Of a stretch of 64,000 nucleotides of DNA, positions 35,185 to 43,826 are shown piece by piece. Numbering within the stretch: position 1 is the stretch's first letter; the number at the start of each line of letters is the position of its first letter. The translations under genes and the position numbers were made by a program. Below the pieces are notes generated by a model, which worked only from the letters and a program-made list of their open reading frames with translations, did no database searches and was not told the origin of the DNA. Source of the stretch: an uncultured Desulfobacterales bacterium (GTDB lineage Bacteria; Desulfobacterota; DSM-4660; Desulfatiglandales; HGW-15). Location of the stretch: NCBI GenBank assembly GCA_964450535.1, contig CAYVDE010000003.1, forward strand, positions 20,585 to 84,584. Direction: 5' to 3'.

Positions 35185-36147
35185 TCAGATCGCCTCAATG
35201 GTGGAGGGAGGTTTGGTACAGATGTTGTAGGTGACGCTGACAACCCCGGGGACCTCGCGGGTGATCCCGGCGGCGATTTTCTCCAGTAGGTCGAATGAAA
35301 GTATTGTGGGGGTTGCGGTGCGTGCGTCCACGCTGTCCCAGCAGCGAACCTCGATCTGCATACCGAAATCCCGCTTGCCCTCCCGCATACCGGTCACCCG
35401 GTCTTCGTGCAGGATTGCCATGTACTGGAATGCGTCCGTCCCCTCGAGCAGGCGTTCCACCACGACCGTGGCCTTTCGCACCGTCTCAATGCGTTCCGGT
35501 GTCGCCTCCCCGATGATGCGGGCCGCAAGGGCCGGTCCCGGAAACGGGATACGGTCGAAGAGGTCGCTGGGAAGCCCCAGGGCCCTGCCTACTTTTCGCA
35601 CGCCGTCTTTGCGGAGTTGAATGAGAGGCTCGATAATGCCGTAGCCAAAGGCTTCCTGTGGATCGATGCCCAGTTGCTCAAAGACATTGTGCTGTCTCTT
35701 TATTCCCGCTACGGTCTCATCCACATCCGTCAGGATCGTTCCCTGAAGAAGGTGTTTCGCACCGCTTTCGCGGACAATGCGCCCGAACACATCGCGATAG
35801 AAGGCCTGAGTGACGGCTTCCCGCTTTTCCTCCGGGTCCGTGATCCCGGAGAGGGCCGCGAAAAACTCTTCCCGCGCGTCCACGATATCAACCGGCACTC
35901 CCAGCTCTCGAAAGAACCGTACTACCAGTTCGGGCTCTCCCTCCCGCATGAGGCCGTTGTCGATGAAAACGGTCTTGAGCCGATCACCCAGGGCGCGGTG
36001 GCCGAGCATGGTGACTGTGGAAGAATCAACTCCACCTGAAAGGGCGTTGATTGCAGTGCCGTCGGCGACCATCTCGCGGATGGAGCCGACCTTGTCATTG
36101 ATAAAGCCTTCCAAGTCGAGCTGCCGGGAGTCTATTTCCTGAATCAT
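35185..36147 (-). CDS. GMP synthase ATP-pyrophosphatase subunit (split, GuaA-B type; no glutamine amidotransferase domain)
   Basis: 320 aa. PP-loop ALSGGVDSS; C-terminal EPL..LRKDGVRKVGRALGLP....RIPFPGPALA dimerisation-domain motifs. GGAGAT RBS. Confidence 0.8.
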   Translation of the reverse strand: MIQEIDSRQLDLEGFINDKVGSIREMVADGTAINALSGGVDSSTVTMLGHRALGDRLKTVFIDNGLMREGEPELVVRFFRELGVPVDIVDAREEFFAALSGITDPEEKREAVTQAFYRDVFGRIVRESGAKHLLQGTILTDVDETVAGIKRQHNVFEQLGIDPQEAFGYGIIEPLIQLRKDGVRKVGRALGLPSDLFDRIPFPGPALAARIIGEATPERIETVRKATVVVERLLEGTDAFQYMAILHEDRVTGMREGKRDFGMQIEVRCWDSVDARTATPTILSFDLLEKIAAGITREVPGVVSVTYNICTKPPSTIEAI

Positions 36148-36291
36148 GTAAGGTTATCTCCTTTTCATCAATTATGACGTTCGCAAGGGATCACGTATGC
36201 GGATGTTGTTTCATGTCCTGTTCGAGCCGCAGGATTCCTCCAGCCGTGATCGCTTGAGCATACGCCAACCCTTGTTATAGTGTCAATTCGT

Positions 36292-36317
36292 GAATCGCAT
36301 GGATGAATCGCATGGAT
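36292..36317. repeat. perfect tandem direct repeat, 2 x 13 bp (GAATCGCATGGAT), in a divergent promoter region
   Basis: Read directly from the sequence. 138 nt upstream of the MFS ATG and 145 nt upstream of the GMP-synthase-B ATG. Confidence 0.7.
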
Positions 36318-36454
36318 TACCGAGTCATTGCCAGGCGCTCCGAAAATAAAAATGCTTCCAGAACGGGCTGGATATGCTATAGGGTTTTCAGGCATGATCA
36401 GGCTTGGGTTACGATTATTCAGCCCACAAAAAAGAATTCGGAAGGGGGCATACC

Positions 36455-37687
36455 ATGCGTGAGTCAAAGCTTCATTATGGATGGATCGTGGTTTTCATGG
36501 GAATGCTTACCACCATTGCAGCCCACGGTTTCGGCCGTATGGCTTATACCATAATCCTCCCCGCCATGAAAGACGGCCTGGCTTTTGACTACACCCAACT
36601 CGGGCTACTGGGTACCGGCAATTTTATCGGTTATCTCACCATGGCGATAATAGGCGGTTTCCTGGCGGCCCGTTTCGGCACCCGGATCGTGATCACTTTC
36701 GCCCTCCTACTTATGGGGGTGACCCTGATTCTGACCGGCCTCGCCAACTCGTTCGGCTTTGCATTTGCAATGCGGCTGTTGACCGGTCTGGGAAACGGGG
36801 CGTCCTATGTGCCGGCAATGGCCCTCGGTTCCGCCTGGTTCGCCATTAAGCGGCGCGGCTTTGCAACCGGCATTGTTTCCGGGGGTATCGGCGCAGGGAC
36901 TCTCATCTCCGGGCTGGTGGTCCCTCCCATCCTTGCGGCCTACGGCAGTGATGGATGGAGGTACTCATGGTACTACCTCGGGGGCGCGGTCTTGGTCGTC
37001 GCAGCCGTCGTGTTCCTCTTTGTTCGAAGCCGACCCGAGGAAATAGGGCTCAAACAGGTGGGCGAAGAGATTACTGAAAAGGGTGTAGAGGGCGCAGCCT
37101 CCGTGTCAACCCTGGACTGGGGTTTGGTCTACAAGAAGGGGGCGGTCTGGTATCTTGGCATTACATACTTTTTTTATGGACTTTCATATATAATTTATAT
37201 GGTTTTTTTTGCGGCTTATCTGGTCAATGAAATTGGTATGTCACAAAAGCTGGCTGGGGGTCTATGGGCAATGGTGGGAGGTCTCAGCGTTTTCTGTGGC
37301 ATAATATGGGGCGGAGTATCAGATCGCTTTGGCAGAGGAAAGGGTGCTGCCATGGCCTATCTTGTACTCGCCCTGTCCTATATAATCTACGCAACCATCA
37401 AGCTTCCTGTCGGTTATTATCTATCCGCAATCCTTTTCGGCCTGACGGCATGGAGCATACCCACCATCATGGCGGCCACGGCCGGCGACCTGGTGGGGCC
37501 GAGGCTGGCACCGGCGGGTCTAGGCTTTGTGACCATCTTTTTCGGAATTGGTCAGGCCCTGGGACCGGCGATCGGGGGATATCTTGCGGACACAAGCGGC
37601 TCGTTCACCGTTCCCTTCATGGTGGCCGGAGGAATATCGCTCGTGGGGGCCGTTTTCTCACTCTTTCTCAAGCGGCAGCAGGCCTGA
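36455..37687 (+). CDS. MFS transporter
   Basis: Start reset to ATG 36455 (GGAAGGGGG upstream). About 12 predicted TM segments. MRLLTGLGNG and DRFGRGK loop motifs. Confidence 0.85.
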   Translation: MRESKLHYGWIVVFMGMLTTIAAHGFGRMAYTIILPAMKDGLAFDYTQLGLLGTGNFIGYLTMAIIGGFLAARFGTRIVITFALLLMGVTLILTGLANSFGFAFAMRLLTGLGNGASYVPAMALGSAWFAIKRRGFATGIVSGGIGAGTLISGLVVPPILAAYGSDGWRYSWYYLGGAVLVVAAVVFLFVRSRPEEIGLKQVGEEITEKGVEGAASVSTLDWGLVYKKGAVWYLGITYFFYGLSYIIYMVFFAAYLVNEIGMSQKLAGGLWAMVGGLSVFCGIIWGGVSDRFGRGKGAAMAYLVLALSYIIYATIKLPVGYYLSAILFGLTAWSIPTIMAATAGDLVGPRLAPAGLGFVTIFFGIGQALGPAIGGYLADTSGSFTVPFMVAGGISLVGAVFSLFLKRQQA

Positions 37688-37840
37688 AGACATCAGTCTT
37701 GCCGGAGGAGGCCTTTCTTCCCCGGCCGGGCTTCTTTCAACCGTTTTCCCTTGACATTGCAGTTCGCTTTTGATAAACAATTTTAGGTAGATGGGGCTTA
37801 AAGCCTCCCTCTTTTCATTTTTACCCGCCCTGATCCGGAA

Positions 37841-37895
37841 GAAAAGCCACGAAGGCGCCTGAGTTGAGATTCACCCGGGAACCTTGTGGCTTTTC
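37841..37895. terminator. hairpin between convergent genes, same stem sequence family as 11817-11868
   Basis: GAAAAGCCACgAAGG - loop - CCTTGTGGCTTTTC, followed by TGTTTGT on the plus strand. Confidence 0.45.
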
Positions 37896-37980
37896 TGTTT
37901 GTCCCGCCCTATGAGGCCTGTTTTCTCGATTGTTTGTGTCCGGGGCCAAGGCCGATTGATTCGGAAAAATCCGTATCCCT

Positions 37981-39051
37981 TTAGGGGAAGGTGATGAAGA
38001 AGAGGAACAGGCCTCCAACCAGTGCCAGGCTGGCAAGACGGAATAACTGGCTTGCGGCCATGAGCCCGAGCCCGAGCCTGGGAGTGAAGATCCCCATGTA
38101 ATAGGGTAGCTGGTGTCTGAGCGCCCGAACCGGTGCCGCAAGTATATTGCCAAACAAAAGCGCAAGCACTGTCTGGCTTACGGTAAGTGCTCCCGACTCG
38201 AGCATGGCCCCTGCGGCGGCATAACCGGATGTGAACTCCGCCACAAGGCTGAAGAGGACTACTGAAAACGCCTCGATTGGTATGAATGTCGACGTAAAGA
38301 GTGCGGCCAGAATATGACGGAGCCAGTCAAACAGCCCGGCGTCGGAAGCGATCACCACGATGACGTAGACAGGAAGAACGATCATCAGGATACGTACGAT
38401 GCGAACTCTGAACTTGTCTGCGCTTTCTCTCAGAACAACTGACCACTTAAGGGAGCGGTCCTCCCTCTCCCGGTCGGGGGTCGCCGGGGGCGGCGGGAGC
38501 AGGACCCGGGAGGCTGCGAGTGCCGCCAGGAGCCGTATCACGGAGGCGGATAAGACCAGAAGGAGGTAGAGCAGACCTGCGCGGCCCACAAGAGGGATCA
38601 ATATGAAAAAGGTTGTTGGGAGGTGAAGAAAGAAGGAAGGGAAGGTGTTGAGGAGGATACATAGGATGAGCTGTCTTTGATTGAGCCCGCCTTCACGGTG
38701 AAACTCCATGAGCATGGATAGCGATGCTGTTCCTGAAACAAACGCAGTGGTGAAGGCGGCGCCCATGCGGTGTGACATATGGGCCCACCTCATGAAGGGG
38801 CGTGCCAGCAGGCTCAGGCGGTCGGCCCATCCAAGCCCCTCGATGATCTGTCCTACGAAAAGGCCGATGGAGATGAAAAAGGTCAACCTGAGCAGCGGCC
38901 AGAGGACCCTCCGAAGAAAAATGACGGGATCCTTGAAAATCCCGACGGCATCACTGGGCCCCCAAAGGAGCGCCGTCACTACTGCACAGGCCAGGATGCC
39001 CAGCAGTATGTAGAGCCCCGAAGGAAGCCGTTTTAGATCGCTGCTTTTCAT
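37981..39051 (-). CDS. polytopic membrane protein (tentatively nucleoside-recognition/FeoB-Gate-like), translationally coupled to cbiL
   Basis: 356 aa with about 9-10 hydrophobic segments. Its ATG overlaps the cbiL stop (ATGA at 39048-39051). The family assignment is from general resemblance only. Confidence 0.5.
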   Translation of the reverse strand: MKSSDLKRLPSGLYILLGILACAVVTALLWGPSDAVGIFKDPVIFLRRVLWPLLRLTFFISIGLFVGQIIEGLGWADRLSLLARPFMRWAHMSHRMGAAFTTAFVSGTASLSMLMEFHREGGLNQRQLILCILLNTFPSFFLHLPTTFFILIPLVGRAGLLYLLLVLSASVIRLLAALAASRVLLPPPPATPDREREDRSLKWSVVLRESADKFRVRIVRILMIVLPVYVIVVIASDAGLFDWLRHILAALFTSTFIPIEAFSVVLFSLVAEFTSGYAAAGAMLESGALTVSQTVLALLFGNILAAPVRALRHQLPYYMGIFTPRLGLGLMAASQLFRLASLALVGGLFLFFITFP

Positions 39052-39755
39052 TTCTTCTTGATAAGAAGGAGCGAGAGGTAGGGAGGTACCTCGTCCGGGA
39101 GATCTTCCAGGTCCGTGATAATCCGCTCACTTTCAAACCCGCATCGGCTGACCATCACCGAGTATGGTGCGAGGTCCATGTCTCTCAGAGCCTCGATGAT
39201 AGCCCTGTAGTTGCGATAGACCTTGAGCATAACCACGTTGTCCGTGTGCTCGATTACTTCTCTAAGCCTGCTGGGACCCATTGCACCGGAGATCACCGTG
39301 AGGGACTCCTCGCCTTCCGCCAGGACCCGTCTTGCGGCCGCTGCACCGGCCTGGTAGGACGTGATGCCGGGGATCACATGCACGGGCAACTCAGGCGATT
39401 CTTCCTGCAGGGTTCTCATGAGGTAGCCGAATGTGCTGTAAGTCATAGGATCGCCCAGTGTTATGAGTGCTGCGTCCCGCCCTGTGAACAGTGTATCCCG
39501 GACGATTCCTGCGTTGCGTTTCCAGGCGTCGTTCAGGAGTGATTTGTCCCGGGTCATGGGAAAGTCGAGCCTGAGTATGGGGATACCTTCCTTGAGATGG
39601 GGGGTCACGATCTCAACGGCCAGGGAGTAGCTGTTCTTGGTGGACGCGGCCGTATAGACCACGTCGACGCTCTGAAGGGCTTTTACGGCCTTCAATGTGA
39701 GGAGCTCAGGATCCCCGGGACCCACTCCTATTCCATACAAGGTTCCCGTTGACAT
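39048..39755 (-). CDS. cbiL: cobalt-factor II / precorrin-2 C20-methyltransferase
   Basis: LYGIGVGPGDPELLTLKA, GDPMTYSTF, IPGITS motifs of the tetrapyrrole methylase family, with CbiL-type length (235 aa). Confidence 0.88.
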   Translation of the reverse strand: MSTGTLYGIGVGPGDPELLTLKAVKALQSVDVVYTAASTKNSYSLAVEIVTPHLKEGIPILRLDFPMTRDKSLLNDAWKRNAGIVRDTLFTGRDAALITLGDPMTYSTFGYLMRTLQEESPELPVHVIPGITSYQAGAAAARRVLAEGEESLTVISGAMGPSRLREVIEHTDNVVMLKVYRNYRAIIEALRDMDLAPYSVMVSRCGFESERIITDLEDLPDEVPPYLSLLLIKKK

Positions 39756-39779
39756 GATGGATCAACTCCTTTTCTTTAT

Positions 39780-40772
39780 CTAAAATATCTCCGGGTGCAG
39801 AAAGGAGGCCAGGATTTCCACTGCATCCACCGACCTGGGCCCGGGCCTGGAGAAGACCTGTTCGTCCACCTTTAGTATGCGGCCCTCCCGGACCGCCTCC
39901 AGAACACTGAAGTGAGGCCGTTCAGCCGGCGAGGAAGGAGCACGGTTCATAGAGCCTTCCTGAAGTACATAGACCTCGGGATCGCTTTTGATAAGTGCTT
40001 CCATGCCGATTCGGACAAGCTTTCTCGGGACGTCAAGGCAGTTGATTCCGCCGCTTCGCTCGATGACGTCGTTTACGATGGATTCCCGACCCGCGCCCAG
40101 CAGGTTGGGGTAGCGCACCTCGAAGAACACCCTGGGCCGGTGCCGGACGGTCCGAAGGCGTTCTTCCACCGCTTCGAGCCTGGAACGAAGGCTTTGAATA
40201 AGCCTGGAGGCCGCTTCGGTCTCGCCGGTAAGCAATCCCAGCCTTTCGATTACGTCGAAGAGTTCTGTGAAGCTGTGCGGCTGAAAGACAGCCACGTTGC
40301 ACCCGTGACGCCTGAGCTGGTTCACTACAACCGTGGCCTCTCGACGGCCTGCGCTCTGAATGACCAGGTCCGGTTCCAGTGCAAGTACGAGTTCAACATT
40401 GGGCCGCATGTGGGTGCCGATGCTCGGTCTGGACAGGATCGACGGCGGAAGCAAATCCGCCCTGGTCCTGCCGACGAGCCGGTTCTCAAGACCCATGGCG
40501 GCTAGAATCTCGTTATATGCGCCGTAGAGCGCAATGATTCGTTCAGCGGGACGTTCCAGGACCAGCTCACGGCCCGTGTCGTCCTTCACGCGGGTTTCAC
40601 TTGCCCGTGATATCCCCGGGTACATCCAGACCGCCGCCGCAAGAAGCAGGCAGGCCTGCAGGAGGAGTGCCCGGAACAAAGTGGGCCTGCGGGCTGCCTG
40701 TGACAGGGTGCCGCGAAACCATGACCCGGGTCTCGTAAATAGCCGAGAGATTTTGACTGGTAAACAATTCAT
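39780..40772 (-). CDS. periplasmic binding protein of a corrinoid/iron-chelate ABC transporter (BtuF/FepB class)
   Basis: PERIIALYGAYNEILAAMG and PDLVI motifs. Signal region RRPTLFRALLLQACLLLAAAVW. Start uncertain (ATG 40772 or in-frame TTG 40679); either overlaps the upstream ATPase gene. Confidence 0.8.
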   Translation of the reverse strand: MNCLPVKISRLFTRPGSWFRGTLSQAARRPTLFRALLLQACLLLAAAVWMYPGISRASETRVKDDTGRELVLERPAERIIALYGAYNEILAAMGLENRLVGRTRADLLPPSILSRPSIGTHMRPNVELVLALEPDLVIQSAGRREATVVVNQLRRHGCNVAVFQPHSFTELFDVIERLGLLTGETEAASRLIQSLRSRLEAVEERLRTVRHRPRVFFEVRYPNLLGAGRESIVNDVIERSGGINCLDVPRKLVRIGMEALIKSDPEVYVLQEGSMNRAPSSPAERPHFSVLEAVREGRILKVDEQVFSRPGPRSVDAVEILASFLHPEIF

Positions 40773-41439
40773 TAGTAGGCCCGTCCAGGGCGATGCCCCC
40801 GTCCTTGATGAAAATCAGCCGGTCACAGTAAAGCGAGGCCAGATTCAGGTCGTGCATGGCGCAGACGATCGTGATCCCCTGGTCCCTGTTCTTTTTCAAA
40901 AGGAGATCGAAGATCTGGATCTTCCGAGCCACGTCCAGGTTCGATGTGGCCTCGTCCAGCAGAAGAATGGACGGGGCCTGGGCCAGGGCCCGGGCGATCA
41001 CCACCCGCTGGGCCTCGCCGCCCGACACCTCGTTGATGAAGCGCTCGGCCAGAGGAATCGTGCCGGTGAGTTCCATTGCCTCCATTGCCTTTTCAAAGTC
41101 ATCCGCCGTGTAACCGCCCCACCGTGAAAGGTAGGAATAACGGCCCATTAGGACCACGGAAAGGCAGCGGAAGGGGAACGTAACCGAGGCGTTCTGGGCG
41201 ACCGAAGCGGTCCGCCGGGCACGCCGGCGCACCGAGGTGCCCCTGAGGTCCCTTCCCGCTATTCGAACAAATCCCTCCTTGGGTGCCATGAAGCCTGCGA
41301 GCACATGGAGCAGGGTTGTCTTTCCACTGCCGTTGGGGCCGAGAACACCCGCCACCTCTCCCTCGGGAATCCGGAGGTTCACGTTCCGCAGGACATCGGT
41401 TGCGCCGTAGCCGCATCTCAGCGATTCCACCTGGATCAC
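40597..41439 (-). CDS. corrinoid/iron-chelate ABC transporter ATP-binding protein (BtuD/FecE class)
   Basis: Start set to GTG 41439, forming a GTGA overlap with the permease stop. Walker A GPNGSGKTT, signature VSGGEAQRV, Walker B LLDEATSNLD. Confidence 0.85.
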   Translation of the reverse strand: MIQVESLRCGYGATDVLRNVNLRIPEGEVAGVLGPNGSGKTTLLHVLAGFMAPKEGFVRIAGRDLRGTSVRRRARRTASVAQNASVTFPFRCLSVVLMGRYSYLSRWGGYTADDFEKAMEAMELTGTIPLAERFINEVSGGEAQRVVIARALAQAPSILLLDEATSNLDVARKIQIFDLLLKKNRDQGITIVCAMHDLNLASLYCDRLIFIKDGGIALDGPTNELFTSQNLSAIYETRVMVSRHPVTGSPQAHFVPGTPPAGLPASCGGGLDVPGDITGK

Positions 41440-42551
41440 AGTCCGGTCCCCCGCTTGTGTCGCTTGAGGAGCACGCAGAAGAACGGTCCACCCATGAGTG
41501 CCGTGACAACACCTACCGGGAGCTCCTCTCCGCCGGGCAGCAGGATGCGCGCCAGGACATCGGACCACAGAAGGGCGATGGCACCCAGGAGCCCTGCAAG
41601 GGGAAGCAGTCTACGGTGTTCCGCTCCCACGGTCATGCGCACGAGGTGGGGTACGACAAGTCCCACAAACCCGATGACTCCCGACACCGATACCGCTGCC
41701 GCGGTCAGCAGGCTGGCCCCCACAAGGAGTATCAGTCTTACTCTTTCGAGGTCGACCCCCACCTGGACGGCCTGAAGATCACCCATGGCGAGGATGTCCA
41801 GTTCCCGGGAGTGCAGCCAGATCAACGCCAGCCCAGCCGCAGCGTAGGGCAGGGCGAACAGCGTGTGGGTCCAGCCCCGCCCCTGGAAGCTGCCCATGAC
41901 CCAGAACACGATGCTGACCACGGACTCCTCGTCCAGAGACTTCAAGAGCGAGATCAGGGCCGACAGAAACGTGGCCACCACGATACCGGCAAGGATCATG
42001 GTGTCGCGTCTGAGTTGCCCGTCGATTCGTCCGAGAGCGATGACGGCAGACAGGGCGGCCAGTGCGCCTCCGAGGGCCGCGGCCGGGAGTAGCCCGAATC
42101 CCAGGAAAGGCTTCGAGCCCAGCCCGAGGAAAATGGCCAGGGAGGCCCCGAACGCTGCGCCCGTGGAGACCCCGATGGTGAAGGGGTCGGCCAGGGGGTT
42201 CCGAAGAATGCCCTGAAACACGGCTCCAGCCACGGCCAGGCAGAGCCCTACGAGCATGGAAAGCAGGACCCGGCTGAAGCGAATGTCGAATACAACCACT
42301 TTCCTTGTATCGTCCACCGCCTGATCCCCGGCCCATCCCATCCCTGCTGCAAGGGCCCTCACAACCTCCGTTGCAGGGATGTCGATGCGCCCGAACATGC
42401 AAGCGGCAAATGCCGAGAAAACCACTGCGATCGCCAGCCCCGCAAGAAGCAGCCCGAAACGCATGGAGGCCCGCTTTTCAGCAAGGCGTACCTGCTCACG
42501 GGTGATGGATGCAAGGTCTTGCAAAAACGCCTGGTCTGGTTTTTCAGGCAC
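41436..42551 (-). CDS. corrinoid/iron-chelate ABC transporter permease (FecCD/BtuC family)
   Basis: 371 aa polytopic protein. RNPLADPFTIGVSTGAA and VTALMGGPFF family motifs. Confidence 0.9.
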   Translation of the reverse strand: MPEKPDQAFLQDLASITREQVRLAEKRASMRFGLLLAGLAIAVVFSAFAACMFGRIDIPATEVVRALAAGMGWAGDQAVDDTRKVVVFDIRFSRVLLSMLVGLCLAVAGAVFQGILRNPLADPFTIGVSTGAAFGASLAIFLGLGSKPFLGFGLLPAAALGGALAALSAVIALGRIDGQLRRDTMILAGIVVATFLSALISLLKSLDEESVVSIVFWVMGSFQGRGWTHTLFALPYAAAGLALIWLHSRELDILAMGDLQAVQVGVDLERVRLILLVGASLLTAAAVSVSGVIGFVGLVVPHLVRMTVGAEHRRLLPLAGLLGAIALLWSDVLARILLPGGEELPVGVVTALMGGPFFCVLLKRHKRGTGL

Positions 42552-42554
42552 GGA

Positions 42555-43448
42555 TCAAAAACGCCCCGCGGCGATTCTCAGGTGATCTACCCACACCTTC
42601 ACAATGGAATCCAGTTCAGCCGTTCCCCTCAGCACGGAGACGCACTCAATCCCTGCTGCCGTTAGAGTGCTTTTCCAGGAGTCATCATCGTCTCCAGCCA
42701 TGTCATTTACCGCGTGATCGCCGGCAACGGCCATGAAAGGCACAAGAAAGGCCTTGCGGATTTTCCGTTCGGAAAGCACATCCCGAATCTCCTCGATGCT
42801 CGGGATTCCGTGCACCGTTCCCAGGAAGACGTTCGAATCTCTTTTTCGGAGTTCAACCGCCAGGGCGACGTAAAGTGCGTTTGCCGGGTGGTCGGTGCCG
42901 TGGCCCATGAACACGATGGCCTCGTTCTTTTTCCTTCCCTTTGGCTGTTTTTCGAGCAATGCGTCCGCCACCCTCTCGATGTCTTCCTGTCCGTTCAGCA
43001 GGGGCCCTCCCACCATGACCTTGTTAAACCCGGGGACCATGCCGGAAAATGCCTGGACGTTGCGATTGAGGTCGTGGAACTCCCGCCCGCCGATGGTGTG
43101 AAGCGACTGCACGGCCACGTGTGTGAATCCCTCGTCCATCATACGGGCCAGGGCCATTTGAGGGGAGTCGATTTCCAGACCTGTCTCAGCCAGCTTTCGC
43201 CTAACGGTTTTCGAAGTGAAGGCCCAGCGTACGGGTAAGTCCGGGAAAGCCTTTCTTACCATCTTTTCCACGTTGTCGAGCGCGGCCCTGGCCTCGGGCA
43301 CCGTCGTGCCGAAGGCGGCTAGGAGTATCCCGTGTTTTTCGGGACGCTCATGGGCCTCGTGTCCGTGTCCGTGGTGTCCGGCGTAAGCGTGACAGCAGAG
43401 GACGAAAAAGACAAAAACAACGGCCGAAACGATCGATACTTTTTTCAT
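42555..43448 (-). CDS. cbiK: sirohydrochlorin cobaltochelatase CbiK with N-terminal signal peptide and His-rich tract
   Basis: Start reset to ATG 43448 (AAGGAG RBS). MKKVSIVSAVVFVFFVLCCHAYA signal, then GHHGHGHEAHERPEKHG, then the CbiK core (GILLAAFGT...VQSLHTIGGREF...MGHGTDH). Confidence 0.85.
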   Translation of the reverse strand: MKKVSIVSAVVFVFFVLCCHAYAGHHGHGHEAHERPEKHGILLAAFGTTVPEARAALDNVEKMVRKAFPDLPVRWAFTSKTVRRKLAETGLEIDSPQMALARMMDEGFTHVAVQSLHTIGGREFHDLNRNVQAFSGMVPGFNKVMVGGPLLNGQEDIERVADALLEKQPKGRKKNEAIVFMGHGTDHPANALYVALAVELRKRDSNVFLGTVHGIPSIEEIRDVLSERKIRKAFLVPFMAVAGDHAVNDMAGDDDDSWKSTLTAAGIECVSVLRGTAELDSIVKVWVDHLRIAAGRF

Positions 43449-43510
43449 CAGGGTGATCTCCTTTCTCTCGAAGGATGGTGAAACCGCAGGGGGCTCATAG
43501 AGAAGGGGCC

Positions 43511-43547
43511 AAAAAAAACCCCCACGTCTTGAAACCTGACGTGAGGA
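43511..43547 (-). terminator. intrinsic terminator forming the expression platform of the cobalamin riboswitch
   Basis: Minus strand: CCTCACGTC-aggtttcaa-GACGTGGGG followed by TTTTTTTT. Lies between the aptamer and the cbiK RBS. Confidence 0.75.
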
Positions 43548-43614
43548 CTGCACCCAGCTTCCTTGATCCTCTTCCCGCGCAGGCCGCACCCCGCAGCCGG
43601 CCGGTAGGCCGTGA

Positions 43615-43822
43615 TTTACAACGGGCAGGTCTTCTGGCTCACCCGGGCTGCAGACTCGCCTTCCCACCCCGCTTATTGCGGGACAGTGGCTTTACCCCGA
43701 TTTGGAGGGTTGCCTGCATCCGCGCTGCCCCGGTGCAATGCACAAGGGCCGGGTTTACAGCGGCGGGACCGCTCCCGCTTTTCACGGGATTCCCTATTAA
43801 GCGGCTGCACCCGTTGTCTTAC
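43615..43822 (-). promoter_or_regulatory. cobalamin (B12) riboswitch aptamer
   Basis: Minus strand reads GACAACGGGTGCAGCCGCTTAATAGGGAATCCCGTGAAAAGCGGGAGCGGTCCCGCCGCTGTAA ... GCCACTGTCCCGCAATAAGCGGGGTGGGAAGG ... GAGCCAGAAGACCTGCCCGTTGT. The conserved core, the B12 box and the closing P1 helix are all present. Confidence 0.88.
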
Positions 43823-43826
43823 TGAA

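Noticed and set aside
34618-35289. ORFs of 67-129 aa in the non-coding stretch between the IS remnant and the GMP-synthase-B gene
   Set aside because: Low-complexity translations and no RBS. They run across palindromes, and one largely overlaps the 3' end of the well-supported GMP-synthase-B gene.
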